From Methyloceanibacter sp. (lineage in GTDB: Bacteria; Pseudomonadota; Alphaproteobacteria; Rhizobiales; Methyloligellaceae): DNA of 64,000 bases. The stretch is from NCBI GenBank assembly GCA_052039105.1, contig JBQGDO010000100.1, positions 10,701 to 74,700 on the forward strand, written 5' to 3'. The translations under genes and the position numbers were made by a program. Positions 19,000-28,399 of the stretch are shown here, piece by piece. The notes beneath the pieces were generated by a model. The model was not told the origin of the DNA and did no database searches. It saw only the letters and a program-made list of their open reading frames with translations. Each line of letters opens with the position of its first letter. Positions within the stretch are counted from its first letter, which is position 1.

Positions 19000-19886
19000 C
19001 CGCAAAGATCATCGACGGCAAGGCCATCGCCGCGGAATTGAGCCAGAAGATCGCCGAGGCGGTGAAACGCGTCACCGCCGAGCACGGCCTCGAGCCGGGG
19101 CTTGCCGTGGTGCTGGTCGGCGACAACCCGGCGAGCGAGATTTATGTGCGCAGCAAGACCGCCAAGACGGCCGCCACCAATATGCGCTCGATGCTCTACA
19201 AGCTGCCGGCCACGGCCTCGGAGGCCGAGCTGTTGGAGGTGGTCGAGCGGCTCAATCAAGACCCGACGGTCCACGGCATCCTGGTGCAGTTGCCGCTGCC
19301 GCCACAGATCGATTCGCGGAAAGTGATCGAGGCGATTTCGCCTGCCAAGGACGTCGACGGCTTCCATCCGCTCACCGCGGGCCTGCTTTCCACCGGCCTC
19401 CCCGGCATCGTGCCTTGCACGCCGCTCGCCTGCATCATCCTCGCCAAGAAGGTGCATGGGTCGCTGACGGGCCTGGAGGCGGTGGTGATCGGCCGCTCCA
19501 ACATCGTCGGCAAGCCGCTGGCGCAGCTCCTGCTGATGGAAAACGCGACGGTGACTATCGCGCATTCGAAGACGCGCGATCTCCCCGGCGTGTGCCGGCG
19601 CGGCGACCTCGTTTTCGCCGCCGTCGGTCAGCCGGAGATGGTTCGCGGGTCTTGGATCAAGCCTGGCGCCACCGTGATCGACGTCGGCATCAACCGTGTG
19701 GCGGCGGGTGACGGCAAGTCGAAGGTCGTGGGCGATGTGGCCTTCGACGAGGCGGCGCAAGTGGCCGGCGCCATCACGCCCGTGCCTGGCGGCGTCGGGC
19801 CGATGACTATTGCCTGTCTGATGCTCAATACTTTGACGGCGGCCTGCTTGCAGAACGGCCTGCCGGCGCCTTCCGTCGTCAGCTAG
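18996..19886 (+). CDS. folD: Bifunctional methylene-THF dehydrogenase/cyclohydrolase
   Basis: [41 protein letters not shown]; ATGA overlap with upstream gene. Confidence 0.97.
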   Translation: MTAKIIDGKAIAAELSQKIAEAVKRVTAEHGLEPGLAVVLVGDNPASEIYVRSKTAKTAATNMRSMLYKLPATASEAELLEVVERLNQDPTVHGILVQLPLPPQIDSRKVIEAISPAKDVDGFHPLTAGLLSTGLPGIVPCTPLACIILAKKVHGSLTGLEAVVIGRSNIVGKPLAQLLLMENATVTIAHSKTRDLPGVCRRGDLVFAAVGQPEMVRGSWIKPGATVIDVGINRVAAGDGKSKVVGDVAFDEAAQVAGAITPVPGGVGPMTIACLMLNTLTAACLQNGLPAPSVVS

Positions 19887-20388
19887 CGAGACGCTTCTCG
19901 GCGCGGTTCTCCTCGCGCTTGTCTCCCACCGCATAATCGAGCGGCAGCGCGGTGGTGTATTTGATCTGCTCCATGGCGAAGGCGGAGCTGACATCCGACA
20001 ACTCGATCTTGGAGATGAGCTTCTTGTAGAAAATGTCGTAATGCTCGATGTCGGGCACGACCACGCGCAGGAGGTAGTCGACCTGCCCGCTCATGCGGTA
20101 GAGCTCGACCACTTCGGGAAAGTCCTTCAGCGTCGCGTGGAAGCGATCGAGCCATTCCTGCGTGTGATGGCTGGTGGTGATCGACACGAACACCGTCACC
20201 CCGACATTGATCTTCTTCGGATCGAGAATGGCGACGCGGCGTTGGATCACCCCGAGCTCCTCGAGCTTCTGGATGCGCCGCCAGCAGGGTGTGGTGGACA
20301 GCCCGATTTGCTTGCCGATCTCGGCTACGGGAAGCGTTGCATCCCGCTGCAGGATGTCGAGGATCTTCCGGTCCATTCTGTCGAGCAT
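19879..20388 (-). CDS. Lrp/AsnC family regulator (DecR-like)
   Basis: [33 protein letters not shown]. Confidence 0.93.
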   Translation of the reverse strand: MLDRMDRKILDILQRDATLPVAEIGKQIGLSTTPCWRRIQKLEELGVIQRRVAILDPKKINVGVTVFVSITTSHHTQEWLDRFHATLKDFPEVVELYRMSGQVDYLLRVVVPDIEHYDIFYKKLISKIELSDVSSAFAMEQIKYTTALPLDYAVGDKREENRAEKRLAS

Positions 20389-20502
20389 GGATCTCTCCGC
20401 AATTTCTTTCCGGTAGAACGCCCCTAGCGGAAACCAGTTTGCTCATGTTTGCAATCTCGACCAGACTGATAGATTATTTTTCTAAGGCCTGCAAGCTCGA
20501 TT

Positions 20503-21126
20503 TCACAGCAGGCGCCGGACCGCGCGGCGCAGCACGGGCAGAAGCTCCGCCTCGAACCAGGGATTGTCGCGAAGCCAAGCATTGTTTCGCCAAGAGGGAT
20601 GCGGCAGCGGCAGGACCCGCGGCCGCGCCTTGCGCCGCAAATGCGTCCTCCAGGAGAGCATCGTCTCCTGCAGGCTTGCGCCCGCCGCGTCTCCCAGGTG
20701 GAAATTCTGCGCATATGAGCCGACCGCGAGCACCAGCTCGATCTGGGGCAAGGCGGTAAACAGCTTCTCATGCCAGAGACGCGCGCATTCCTTGCGCGGC
20801 GGCAGGTCGGCGCCCTGCTCGTTCTGCCCCGGGAAGCAGAATCCCATCGGCACAATCGCGACCCGCGCCTCGTCGTAGAACTCCTCGCGCGTTACGCCCA
20901 TCCAGTCGCGCAAGCGATCGCCCGATGCGTCGGTGAAGGGCGTGCCGGAGAGATGCACTTTGGTGCCCGGCGCCTGGCTGCAGACGGCCAGCCGCGCCCT
21001 GCAGCTCGCGCGCAATACGGGGCGCGGCTCATGCGGCAGCGGCTTGCCTTGCGGCGTCTCGACGCAAACTCGGCAGGCGCGGATGGCGGCGAGCATGGTC
21101 TCGAGCTCTGCCTGCTGCGCCGTCAT
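20503..21126 (-). CDS. Uracil-DNA glycosylase family protein
   Basis: SQAPG, FTDASGDRLRDW, PMGFCFPG, LPHPSWRN; start MTAQQ at 21126. Confidence 0.88.
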   Translation of the reverse strand: MTAQQAELETMLAAIRACRVCVETPQGKPLPHEPRPVLRASCRARLAVCSQAPGTKVHLSGTPFTDASGDRLRDWMGVTREEFYDEARVAIVPMGFCFPGQNEQGADLPPRKECARLWHEKLFTALPQIELVLAVGSYAQNFHLGDAAGASLQETMLSWRTHLRRKARPRVLPLPHPSWRNNAWLRDNPWFEAELLPVLRRAVRRLL

Positions 21127-21866
21127 AGGTCGAGGCTCATCCCGTCTTTGGCGATGAGATAGCGCGCGCGATCGACCTTGCCGGCATTGGCCAGCATCGC
21201 CTCGCCCATATGCGTGAGCAGTACGCGCCTCGCACCGAGCTTCTGATAATTGGCGTCGATCGTCAGATAGTCGAGATGAATAGGCAGCACCACGTCGTAT
21301 TGGAAACACTCGGTGATGAAGAGGTCGGAGCCCTGCGCCACTTCGCACAAGACATCGACCCAGCCGGTATCGCCAGTGAAGGAAACCACTTTCCCGTCGA
21401 TCTCGAATCTCAGCGCATAAGGCGGGGCGCCCGACGGATGCTTCACCTCGAACGGCGTGACCGTGACCCCGCCGGCTTCGAGCGGCGTGCGCTCCGCATA
21501 TTCGACAAAGCGCAAATCGAAATCGCGCTTGGTCGTGGTGATATTGGGATAAAGACCCTCCGCAACGCTGAGGAAGCGCTGCTCGATGCCGCGCGGGCCG
21601 GTCACCACCAAAGGCCGCGTCCGCTTGCTGACATAAATCGCGTCGACCAGCAGCCAGGGCAGCCCGCCGAAATGATCGCCATGCAAATGCGAGACGAACA
21701 CCGTGCCGATCCCGTTCACGTCGAGCCCGAGCCGGCGCATGCCGATCAGGGTCGTCGCCCCGCAATCGATCAGGAAGCCCCCGGCCCCCGCCTGCACGTG
21801 AAATGAGGTCTGCAAGCTGCCGCCGGCGCCGAACGCGTCGCCGCAGCCGATGATGGTCAGTCGCAT
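21123..21866 (-). CDS. MBL-fold metallo-hydrolase (RNase Z-like)
   Basis: SHLHGDHFGG, FTGDT, LTHM. Confidence 0.9.
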   Translation of the reverse strand: MRLTIIGCGDAFGAGGSLQTSFHVQAGAGGFLIDCGATTLIGMRRLGLDVNGIGTVFVSHLHGDHFGGLPWLLVDAIYVSKRTRPLVVTGPRGIEQRFLSVAEGLYPNITTTKRDFDLRFVEYAERTPLEAGGVTVTPFEVKHPSGAPPYALRFEIDGKVVSFTGDTGWVDVLCEVAQGSDLFITECFQYDVVLPIHLDYLTIDANYQKLGARRVLLTHMGEAMLANAGKVDRARYLIAKDGMSLDL

Positions 21867-22042
21867 GGCGCGCGCATCTTAGAGCCTCGTATCAGCACGG
21901 GGCGAGAGTAAACGCACCGTTAGGGATTTCCGCAGATAGTTTGAGCGGTGCCATCAGGGGGTTGGCCGGGGCCTGCCGCGGGCTAGGTCTCTGGCCGTTC
22001 TCGCTTTTTCGTCAGCCTAGGTCGTTTCGGGTCGAGCGGAGC

Positions 22043-23593
22043 ATGTCAGTCAGCGCGTCAGCGGAGGCGGGAAGGGCCGCCCCGGCAGCCGCAAGCGGCA
22101 AGCGGCGCGCCTATCGCAGCGTGCAAGAGGCGCGCGAGCGGCTCACCTACAAATCCGGCGGCAAGCCAGAGTTCGAATACGAATTGCTGTTGATGTTCGT
22201 GCGGAACGAACTGTCCGCCGCCGTCACCACCCCGTTGCTCGCTATAATCGTCGCCATGGGCGCCATGTTCTGGGCGCCGCCGCGCGACCTGCTCATTTGG
22301 CTCGCCGCCGTGTTCGTCGCCAAAGGCATCGTCATCGCCCTTTGCCGCCAATTCGCCAATGCGCCGCGCGACGACAGTCAGACGCCGGTATGGCGTGCCA
22401 AGATCACCGCCGCGGAATTCCTCTACGGCGTGACTTGGGCGGCGGTCGCCTTCATCAGCCCCGACACGCAGAACGAGGCGGCCAACACCTTCATCTTCGC
22501 TTCGATGATCGTCGTCATCTCGATGCGCATGCTGTTCGCCTCGACCGTCATGCCCATCGTCTATGCCGGCACGATTCCGATGACCGTGGCGATCGTGCTC
22601 CGCTTCGCCCTGCTCGACAATCCGTTTTACTGGGCGATGGCGGCCATGGCGGTGGGCGTGCACATCTATTTCATCTGGCTGATGAACGGCCTCAACTCGA
22701 CCGTCGTCGCCATGCTCGAGTTCCGCGCCGAGAAAGACGCGCTGATCGCCGAGCTCGAGCAATCGAAGGCGATCTCCGACGAGGCGCGGCTCAGAGCCGA
22801 AGAAGCCAATCACGCCAAGTCGCGCTTCCTCGCCACCATGAGCCATGAGCTGCGCACCCCGCTCAACGCCATTCTCGGCTTCTCCGAGATCATGCGTACC
22901 GAAATTCTCGGGCCGCACGCCAATCCGACCTACAAGGAATATGCCAACGACATCCACCAAAGCGGCCAGCATTTGCTCAACCTCATCAGCGAGATTCTCG
23001 ACATCAGCCGCATCGAGGCCGGCCGCTACGAACTGCGCGAGGCGCCGGTTAACCTCCCCGAGGTGGTCGAGGACTGCCACCGCCTGATGCGGCTCCGCGC
23101 CGAGAACAAGCGATTGAAGATCGTCGAGAGCTTCGAAGCGTACCTGCCGCAGCTCTGGGCCGACGAGCGCGCCATCCGCCAGATCTGCCTCAACCTGCTC
23201 TCGAACGCGATCAAGTTCACCCCGGCCGGCGGCACGATCACCTTGAAGGTCGGGCGCACCCCGACCGGCGGCCAGTTCCTCAGCGTGAAGGACACCGGCC
23301 CCGGCATTCCCGAGAACGAGATCCCGCGCGTGCTGAGCAGCTTCGGCCAGGGCTCGCTCGCGCATCAGACCGCCGAAGGCGGTACCGGTCTCGGCCTGCC
23401 CATCACCAAGGGCCTGACCGAGCTGCATGACGGCACCTTCGAGCTGAAGAGCAAGCTCCGCTACGGCACCGAGGTGGTCATCGCCTTCCCCAAGAAGCGG
23501 GTGATGGAGGCGCTGCCCCGCGTGCCCGAGCCCGCCGAGATCAAGGCCGAGCAGCCGGGTGCGACCGCTTGGCGCGCCAGGGCGCGGCGTTAA
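22043..23593 (+). CDS. Orphan membrane-bound sensor histidine kinase (PleC/DivJ-homolog-like H-box)
   Basis: About 6 TM, MSHELRTPLNAILGFSE, NLLSNAIKF, DTGPGI, GTGLGL. Confidence 0.9.
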   Translation: MSVSASAEAGRAAPAAASGKRRAYRSVQEARERLTYKSGGKPEFEYELLLMFVRNELSAAVTTPLLAIIVAMGAMFWAPPRDLLIWLAAVFVAKGIVIALCRQFANAPRDDSQTPVWRAKITAAEFLYGVTWAAVAFISPDTQNEAANTFIFASMIVVISMRMLFASTVMPIVYAGTIPMTVAIVLRFALLDNPFYWAMAAMAVGVHIYFIWLMNGLNSTVVAMLEFRAEKDALIAELEQSKAISDEARLRAEEANHAKSRFLATMSHELRTPLNAILGFSEIMRTEILGPHANPTYKEYANDIHQSGQHLLNLISEILDISRIEAGRYELREAPVNLPEVVEDCHRLMRLRAENKRLKIVESFEAYLPQLWADERAIRQICLNLLSNAIKFTPAGGTITLKVGRTPTGGQFLSVKDTGPGIPENEIPRVLSSFGQGSLAHQTAEGGTGLGLPITKGLTELHDGTFELKSKLRYGTEVVIAFPKKRVMEALPRVPEPAEIKAEQPGATAWRARARR

Positions 23594-23685
23594 ACCGATC
23601 TCGCCAATCTCGTTCCCGCCATAAAGAGTACGTACTCCATCGTGCCAGCCGGTCGCGCAATTCCACTCTGCAACGGGGAGATTCC

Positions 23686-23949
23686 ATGAGCTTCAACAAG
23701 AACGCGCAGTTCAATCGCCGGCGAGCGCCGGCCAAGCGGGTGTTGACCGGCGAGACACGCGAAGAGGAAGCCGCGCGCCTGGAACGCGAGATCGCCGCGC
23801 ATCCCGTGACGAAATGCGAGCCCGGCAAGCGCAATCCTTCATCATCGCGGCCCGGCTGGAGCAGCGAGCCGTTCATCCCCCTTGCCGAGCGGATCGTCGC
23901 CGAGGACATCGCCAAGAAGATGCTGCACAAGCCCAAGCGGAAGGCTTGA
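23686..23949 (+). CDS. Small basic hypothetical protein (87 aa)
   Basis: MSFNKNAQFNRRR...EIAAHPVTKCEPG...; RBS GGGGAG. Confidence 0.7.
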   Translation: MSFNKNAQFNRRRAPAKRVLTGETREEEAARLEREIAAHPVTKCEPGKRNPSSSRPGWSSEPFIPLAERIVAEDIAKKMLHKPKRKA

Positions 23950-23976
23950 TTTTCTGCGCGGCCGCGACTGGGCCTA

Positions 23977-24702
23977 TCAAACGGTGCGAGCGATGAGACG
24001 GATGCGCGGAGAGATGCCCGCTTGCAGCCGCGCCTCGTCTATGACCGGTTCGATGGCGCCAAATCCCGCGCCTTCCAGCAGTCCGATGAGCTCGGGGAAG
24101 GAATAAAGCCTGAGCGAGAAGCTCGCGCGCCGCACACCGCCGTCCCGGATATAGACCCGGTCGTTGCGCATGCGGCTCGTCTGCGAGTCGTAGGACAGGC
24201 GGTCGATCATGAAATTGTCGCCGCGCTCGAACACCGCCGTCTCGCGGAAGTTGCGCACCAGAAAGTCCTTGTTGGTGACGTCGATGGCGAAACGCCCGCC
24301 CTGCCTGAGCTGGGCGCGGATGGCACACAAAACATCGCGATTGCCGGCATCGTCCTCATAGCCGAATGACGTGTACCAGGAGAACGCGCCGTCGCACGGC
24401 GCGTCCGCAGGCATGTTGCGTACATCGCCGTGGAAATAGGCGATTGCCGCAGCGCCGCGCCCCTTCGCCCTTGCCGCTTCGATCATGGTCTTGCTGCGAT
24501 CGACGCCGGCCCCCCGATAGCCGCACGCCGCGAGCTCACGCAACAGCCTCCCCTCGCCGCAACCGACTTCAAGGATCGAGCTGCCGGGAGCAAGGTCGAG
24601 CATGCGCAGGATCGTGTCCGCGTCCCTCTTGACTGACGCCTCGGACGCATCCTCGGCATAGAAGAACAGGTAATCCTCGCCAAACAGGTCTTCGTCAGCC
24701 AT
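23977..24702 (-). CDS. Class I SAM-dependent methyltransferase
   Basis: ILEVGCGEGR, GVDRS, GDVR, WYTSFGY, LRQGGRF. Confidence 0.9.
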   Translation of the reverse strand: MADEDLFGEDYLFFYAEDASEASVKRDADTILRMLDLAPGSSILEVGCGEGRLLRELAACGYRGAGVDRSKTMIEAARAKGRGAAAIAYFHGDVRNMPADAPCDGAFSWYTSFGYEDDAGNRDVLCAIRAQLRQGGRFAIDVTNKDFLVRNFRETAVFERGDNFMIDRLSYDSQTSRMRNDRVYIRDGGVRRASFSLRLYSFPELIGLLEGAGFGAIEPVIDEARLQAGISPRIRLIARTV

Positions 24703-24764
24703 CGACCATCGACCTTTGCAGAGCAGGCGAAGGCCCCGCCGCATGGACGAGGCCCTTGTGCCCG

Positions 24765-25052
24765 CTATCCTCTCCGGACTCCAGTGTCCGTCTTTTGCTG
24801 ATTTCTCCGCATCTTTTCTTCCAGCGGATGAGAGTGCTCGTACGGCGATGCATGCGCAACCACAGTCGCCGACCCGCCGGCCATTCTGGTGTCGACCTTT
24901 TCCTTCCACGGGCAAGAACTGGGAGGACACTTATTATCGCGCTCCCCCGTCGCAACTTGCCACGTCCCCTGCGCGTCGGTGTAGCTGCCGCCGATCTCAG
25001 ACACGCCAACCAGTGTCACCGCTGTCAGCACAAGCATGGTGGTTTTCAACAT
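24765..25052 (-). CDS. Small putative secreted protein (95 aa, CPPSSCPW)
   Basis: Strong RBS AAGGAGA, N-terminal hydrophobic segment. Confidence 0.55.
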   Translation of the reverse strand: MLKTTMLVLTAVTLVGVSEIGGSYTDAQGTWQVATGERDNKCPPSSCPWKEKVDTRMAGGSATVVAHASPYEHSHPLEEKMRRNQQKTDTGVRRG

Positions 25053-25092
25053 GATATTTCTCCTTCGGAGTTTCTTTCAGTCCGAATCGTTG

Positions 25093-25119
25093 GTCGCTGC
25101 CGGAGTAGGAGAAGGTTCA
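25093..25119 (-). promoter_or_regulatory. Putative ECF sigma promoter TGAACC-N17-CGAC
   Basis: Minus-strand TGAACC at 25119-25114 and CGAC at 25096-25093; similar to 27383-27408. Confidence 0.4.
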
Positions 25120-25125
25120 CGAAAT

Positions 25126-25165
25126 AGAAGCGCGCCCCCAAGGAGGAGGCGCGCCTCTTTTCTCT
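25126..25165 (-). terminator. Rho-independent terminator after the large secreted protein
   Basis: GCGCGCC(T/C)CC stem with T-rich flank on both strands. Confidence 0.7.
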
Positions 25166-25179
25166 GAACCGCCTGCCGG

Positions 25180-27309
25180 CTAGCGGAGCGCGGACGACCC
25201 GTTGCCTTGCTTGGCGGTCTTGCCCTTGCCTTTGCCGCCCTTGTCTGCGTTGCCGGACTTCGGAGCGGCCGTCTTCTTCGGCGCGGTCTTCACCTCGAGC
25301 TTGGTCTTGTCCTTGTTGCGCGGCGGGTCGACCACGACCTTGACGCAGGCCCAGGCGTTCTTGCCGGTCTTTGTGAGCTTGTCCGTCTTGGCGCACTTGC
25401 AGGTGTCGTTCACCACCTTGCCGCGGGCGCAGCTGACCTTCGGCTCGGAGACGATCGGCGTCTCCGGCTTCGGATCGGCCGTCGAGCGTACGCAGCGCCA
25501 GGCATGCTTGCCGGCCTTGACCAGCTTGAAGTAGGGCTCGCACTCGCAAGCGCCGCCTTTGACCTTGCCGTTCGCGCAACTGATCTTCACCGGATCGACC
25601 ACGGCCGTGCTTGGCTGCTCGGGCTTCACCGGATCGACGATGGCCGTACCGGGCTTTTGCGGATCGGAGGGCGTCTCGGGGGTCAAATCCTCCGGGCCGC
25701 CGACATCGGTGCGGTTCACGCACTGGAACACATGGCCCTTGAGCGTGTGCACCTTGGCCTTGCCGGGCGCCACCGTCTTCAGCGCGCATTTGGCATGCGT
25801 GGTCTGGTTGACGGCGAACGAGGCTATAGCCGGGGCGATGTAGCCGCCCTTCGGGCTCGGCGCGGTCTGCGCCACGCCGGAGAAATGCCCGTTGGTGCAG
25901 TCGAGCGACCAATGCACATTGTCCGGCTTGCTGGTCTTGAAGTTGATCAGCGCCTTGCCCTGGCGGGGGCAACGTGTGCCGCCGTTATCGACGAAGGAGA
26001 AATCGCCGGTCAGCGTCGGACCAACCACCGGCGGGTCTCCGGGTGGCAGCTCCGGCGCAAGATCGGAGGTGCCGGTGTCGATCGGCTTGTACTCGCACTC
26101 GATCTTCAACGGCTGCCAACCGGAATTGACTGCCGAATCGTTCGCATCCTCGGCGATCAGCATGGTGTCGATCGCGGTCATGTTGAACTTCTTTGTGAGG
26201 CGGCCGACATATTGATTTCCTTCGCGTTCGACCTTGATGCTTTCGATCGCCATGACCACACCGGCCTGGTTCTTGATCTTGGTCAGCACGCTGCCCGGGC
26301 GGTTGCCATTGATACGGACTGTGGCGTCGACATTTTTCGGACAGGTATCCTTGTCCTCCGTGTTGAGCGTCAGCCACATGCTGGTTGCTTGAAACGGCGG
26401 GCAGGTGATCTCGAGCGTCCTGACGGCGCTCTGCTTGCCGTCTTCCGCCTCGACGCGGAAATGATGCTGGCCCGGGTCGAGATGGTAGGTCTTGACGTGC
26501 TCGACCAGATAGACGGGCTTGGGCGGAGGCGAATTCGGCGGCTCTTTCCGCGCTTTGACGTTGAACCACTTCGACGGCTTGCCATCGACCTTGAAACGGA
26601 AACGCGACGTCGTCGGCACCTGATATTTGATGCGGGCCTTGACTTCCGTCTGTTTCGGGCAGGTCTGGCCGCCCTGCTGTACGAACACTTCGACGCTGAA
26701 CGGCTTTGGCGCAGCCTGCAGCATGGCCACAGGGGCCAGACAGCGGACGATGACGGGGACACGGGCATAGTCAAACTCCTCCCGTCCGTAATCGCCCGGC
26801 TCATGAGCATCATTGGTTTCGCTCCGGCGCGGGATGCGGGCTTTGATGCCCACGCTGATTTCACTCGCGAATGGCGCTCTCTCTTTCGTAGGATCGTGAT
26901 CACCCGCGTTGCACGCGTTGACGATGGCCTGCGCGTCCAAACCGCCGATATGGTCGGTGGAGAAGTCATACTCCCGGCCATCGAGTTTGACGTGTTTGGT
27001 CCTGCCGGAGTAAATGTTGGTGCACCCCTCCGTGGATTCGGGGGAGCAAAAGTCGGCACTGGGGAAGCCGAGATAGACCTTCACAACGCGCCAGCCGGAG
27101 CTGACTTTGACTTCGGTGCTGAGCTTGACTTTCTTCCAGTCGCTTTTGATGTCGGTCCATTCGTTGCCGCTGGAGTAAACCTCGATCGTAGGCGCGCCCG
27201 CCGGGCTGTTCTGGGGCGTGACTTTAACGGTCCATCCGGCGTTTGCCGGCTGATACAGCAGGCAGCTCGCGGCCATGGCGAGCGCCGTCTTCAGGAATAT
27301 TGTCCGCAT
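25180..27309 (-). CDS. Large secreted Cys-rich repeat protein (about 709 aa), unknown function
   Basis: Signal peptide ending ANA; three CP-initiated beta-rich repeats; two C-x9-C-x-C-x15-C repeats; Lys-rich tail; RBS GGAGG. Confidence 0.85.
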   Translation of the reverse strand: MRTIFLKTALAMAASCLLYQPANAGWTVKVTPQNSPAGAPTIEVYSSGNEWTDIKSDWKKVKLSTEVKVSSGWRVVKVYLGFPSADFCSPESTEGCTNIYSGRTKHVKLDGREYDFSTDHIGGLDAQAIVNACNAGDHDPTKERAPFASEISVGIKARIPRRSETNDAHEPGDYGREEFDYARVPVIVRCLAPVAMLQAAPKPFSVEVFVQQGGQTCPKQTEVKARIKYQVPTTSRFRFKVDGKPSKWFNVKARKEPPNSPPPKPVYLVEHVKTYHLDPGQHHFRVEAEDGKQSAVRTLEITCPPFQATSMWLTLNTEDKDTCPKNVDATVRINGNRPGSVLTKIKNQAGVVMAIESIKVEREGNQYVGRLTKKFNMTAIDTMLIAEDANDSAVNSGWQPLKIECEYKPIDTGTSDLAPELPPGDPPVVGPTLTGDFSFVDNGGTRCPRQGKALINFKTSKPDNVHWSLDCTNGHFSGVAQTAPSPKGGYIAPAIASFAVNQTTHAKCALKTVAPGKAKVHTLKGHVFQCVNRTDVGGPEDLTPETPSDPQKPGTAIVDPVKPEQPSTAVVDPVKISCANGKVKGGACECEPYFKLVKAGKHAWRCVRSTADPKPETPIVSEPKVSCARGKVVNDTCKCAKTDKLTKTGKNAWACVKVVVDPPRNKDKTKLEVKTAPKKTAAPKSGNADKGGKGKGKTAKQGNGSSALR

Positions 27310-27382
27310 TTTTTCCTCCATCGGAATGCGTTGCCAAAGGCGGCATGCGCGGCCTCGCGGACGCCGCTCGGTTTGCTCGTCA

Positions 27383-27408
27383 GACGCTGTGAATGCGCGC
27401 GGGGTTCA
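27383..27408 (-). promoter_or_regulatory. Putative ECF sigma promoter TGAACC-N16-CGTC
   Basis: Minus-strand TGAACC...AGCGTCTGA upstream of 27309. Confidence 0.45.
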
Positions 27409-27558
27409 AACCCGGGCCCCGCCGCCTCGATGGGCGGAAACCGGCCAGAGTTCGGTAAATTCACCGCCTTCCCGGCGCCTAAATCGGTGCTAAACTCCGG
27501 GATGCGCAGCCGCCTTGCGCGGCCGGCGCACGGGGCGTTTTGAGGGAAATCGCGAGCG

Positions 27559-28095
27559 ATGCGGCTCCGGCTATTGGCTAGCGCATTCATTGCGGCAGGC
27601 TTGGCCTGCGCCGCCGCCGCGCCGGTTGCCGCGGCCGTTCTCATCCAGATCGACAAGCCGACCCAGGTGATGACCGTTACCGTCGACGGCCAGGTTGCCT
27701 ATCGCTGGCGTGTCTCGACCGGCGCCACCAAATATTCGACCCCGGCCGGCTCCTACACGCCGTTCCGGCTCGAGGTGATGCATTACTCGCGTGAGTGGGA
27801 TAATGCCGGCATGCCGCATTCGATTTTTTTCAGCTCGCGTGGCCACGCGATTCACGGCTCGGATCATCCGGGCCTCGGTACGCCCGCCTCGCATGGCTGT
27901 GTGCGGCTCTCGCTCGGCAATGCCGCGACCTTGTTCCAGCTCGTGTCGGCCCGCGGCCTAGGCAGCACCAAAGTCGTGGTGAGCGGATCCGATCCTCCCG
28001 GCTACCATGCCGCCACCCAGATCCCGACGCGGGGCAGGACCGTGCGGCGGGGTCCGGCGGTTACGCCCTTCGACTGGCTCTTTGGCGGACGCTGA
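27559..28095 (+). CDS. L,D-transpeptidase (YkuD family)
   Basis: Signal peptide, VSTG, TPAG, AIHG...SHGCVRL. Confidence 0.93.
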   Translation: MRLRLLASAFIAAGLACAAAAPVAAAVLIQIDKPTQVMTVTVDGQVAYRWRVSTGATKYSTPAGSYTPFRLEVMHYSREWDNAGMPHSIFFSSRGHAIHGSDHPGLGTPASHGCVRLSLGNAATLFQLVSARGLGSTKVVVSGSDPPGYHAATQIPTRGRTVRRGPAVTPFDWLFGGR

Positions 28096-28219
28096 GCCCC
28101 TCTTCGTCCCGGCCTGGAGGGGTTGCTTCTCTCTGCCCTCGCCGTGGCAAGGGATGATGCGATTGCCCGTGAACGTGGCAACGCCTACATAGGCGGGAGG
28201 GATCATTGGCGGGTGACGC

Positions 28220-28396
28220 GTGGAAAGCCCTTGCATCAATATTTGCCTGCTCGACGATGCGACCGGGCTTTGCCTCGGCTGCGCGCGCAGCCTCAAAGAG
28301 ATCGCCGCCTGGGCGGCGATGACTGACGCCGAGCGCCGCGCCGTGATGCGCGCACTTCCGGCGCGCAAAGCGCGACTCGAGCAGGTGAAAGGCTAG
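28220..28396 (+). CDS. DUF1289 family small Cys-rich protein (58 aa)
   Basis: Below ORF-track cutoff. Manual translation (V/M)ESPCINICLLDDATGLCLGCARSLKEIAAW...KG*. Confidence 0.85.
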   Translation: MESPCINICLLDDATGLCLGCARSLKEIAAWAAMTDAERRAVMRALPARKARLEQVKG

Positions 28397-28399
28397 ACT

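Noticed and set aside
25207-27543. 778-aa plus-strand ORF
   Set aside because: Antisense shadow of the Cys-rich secreted protein gene.
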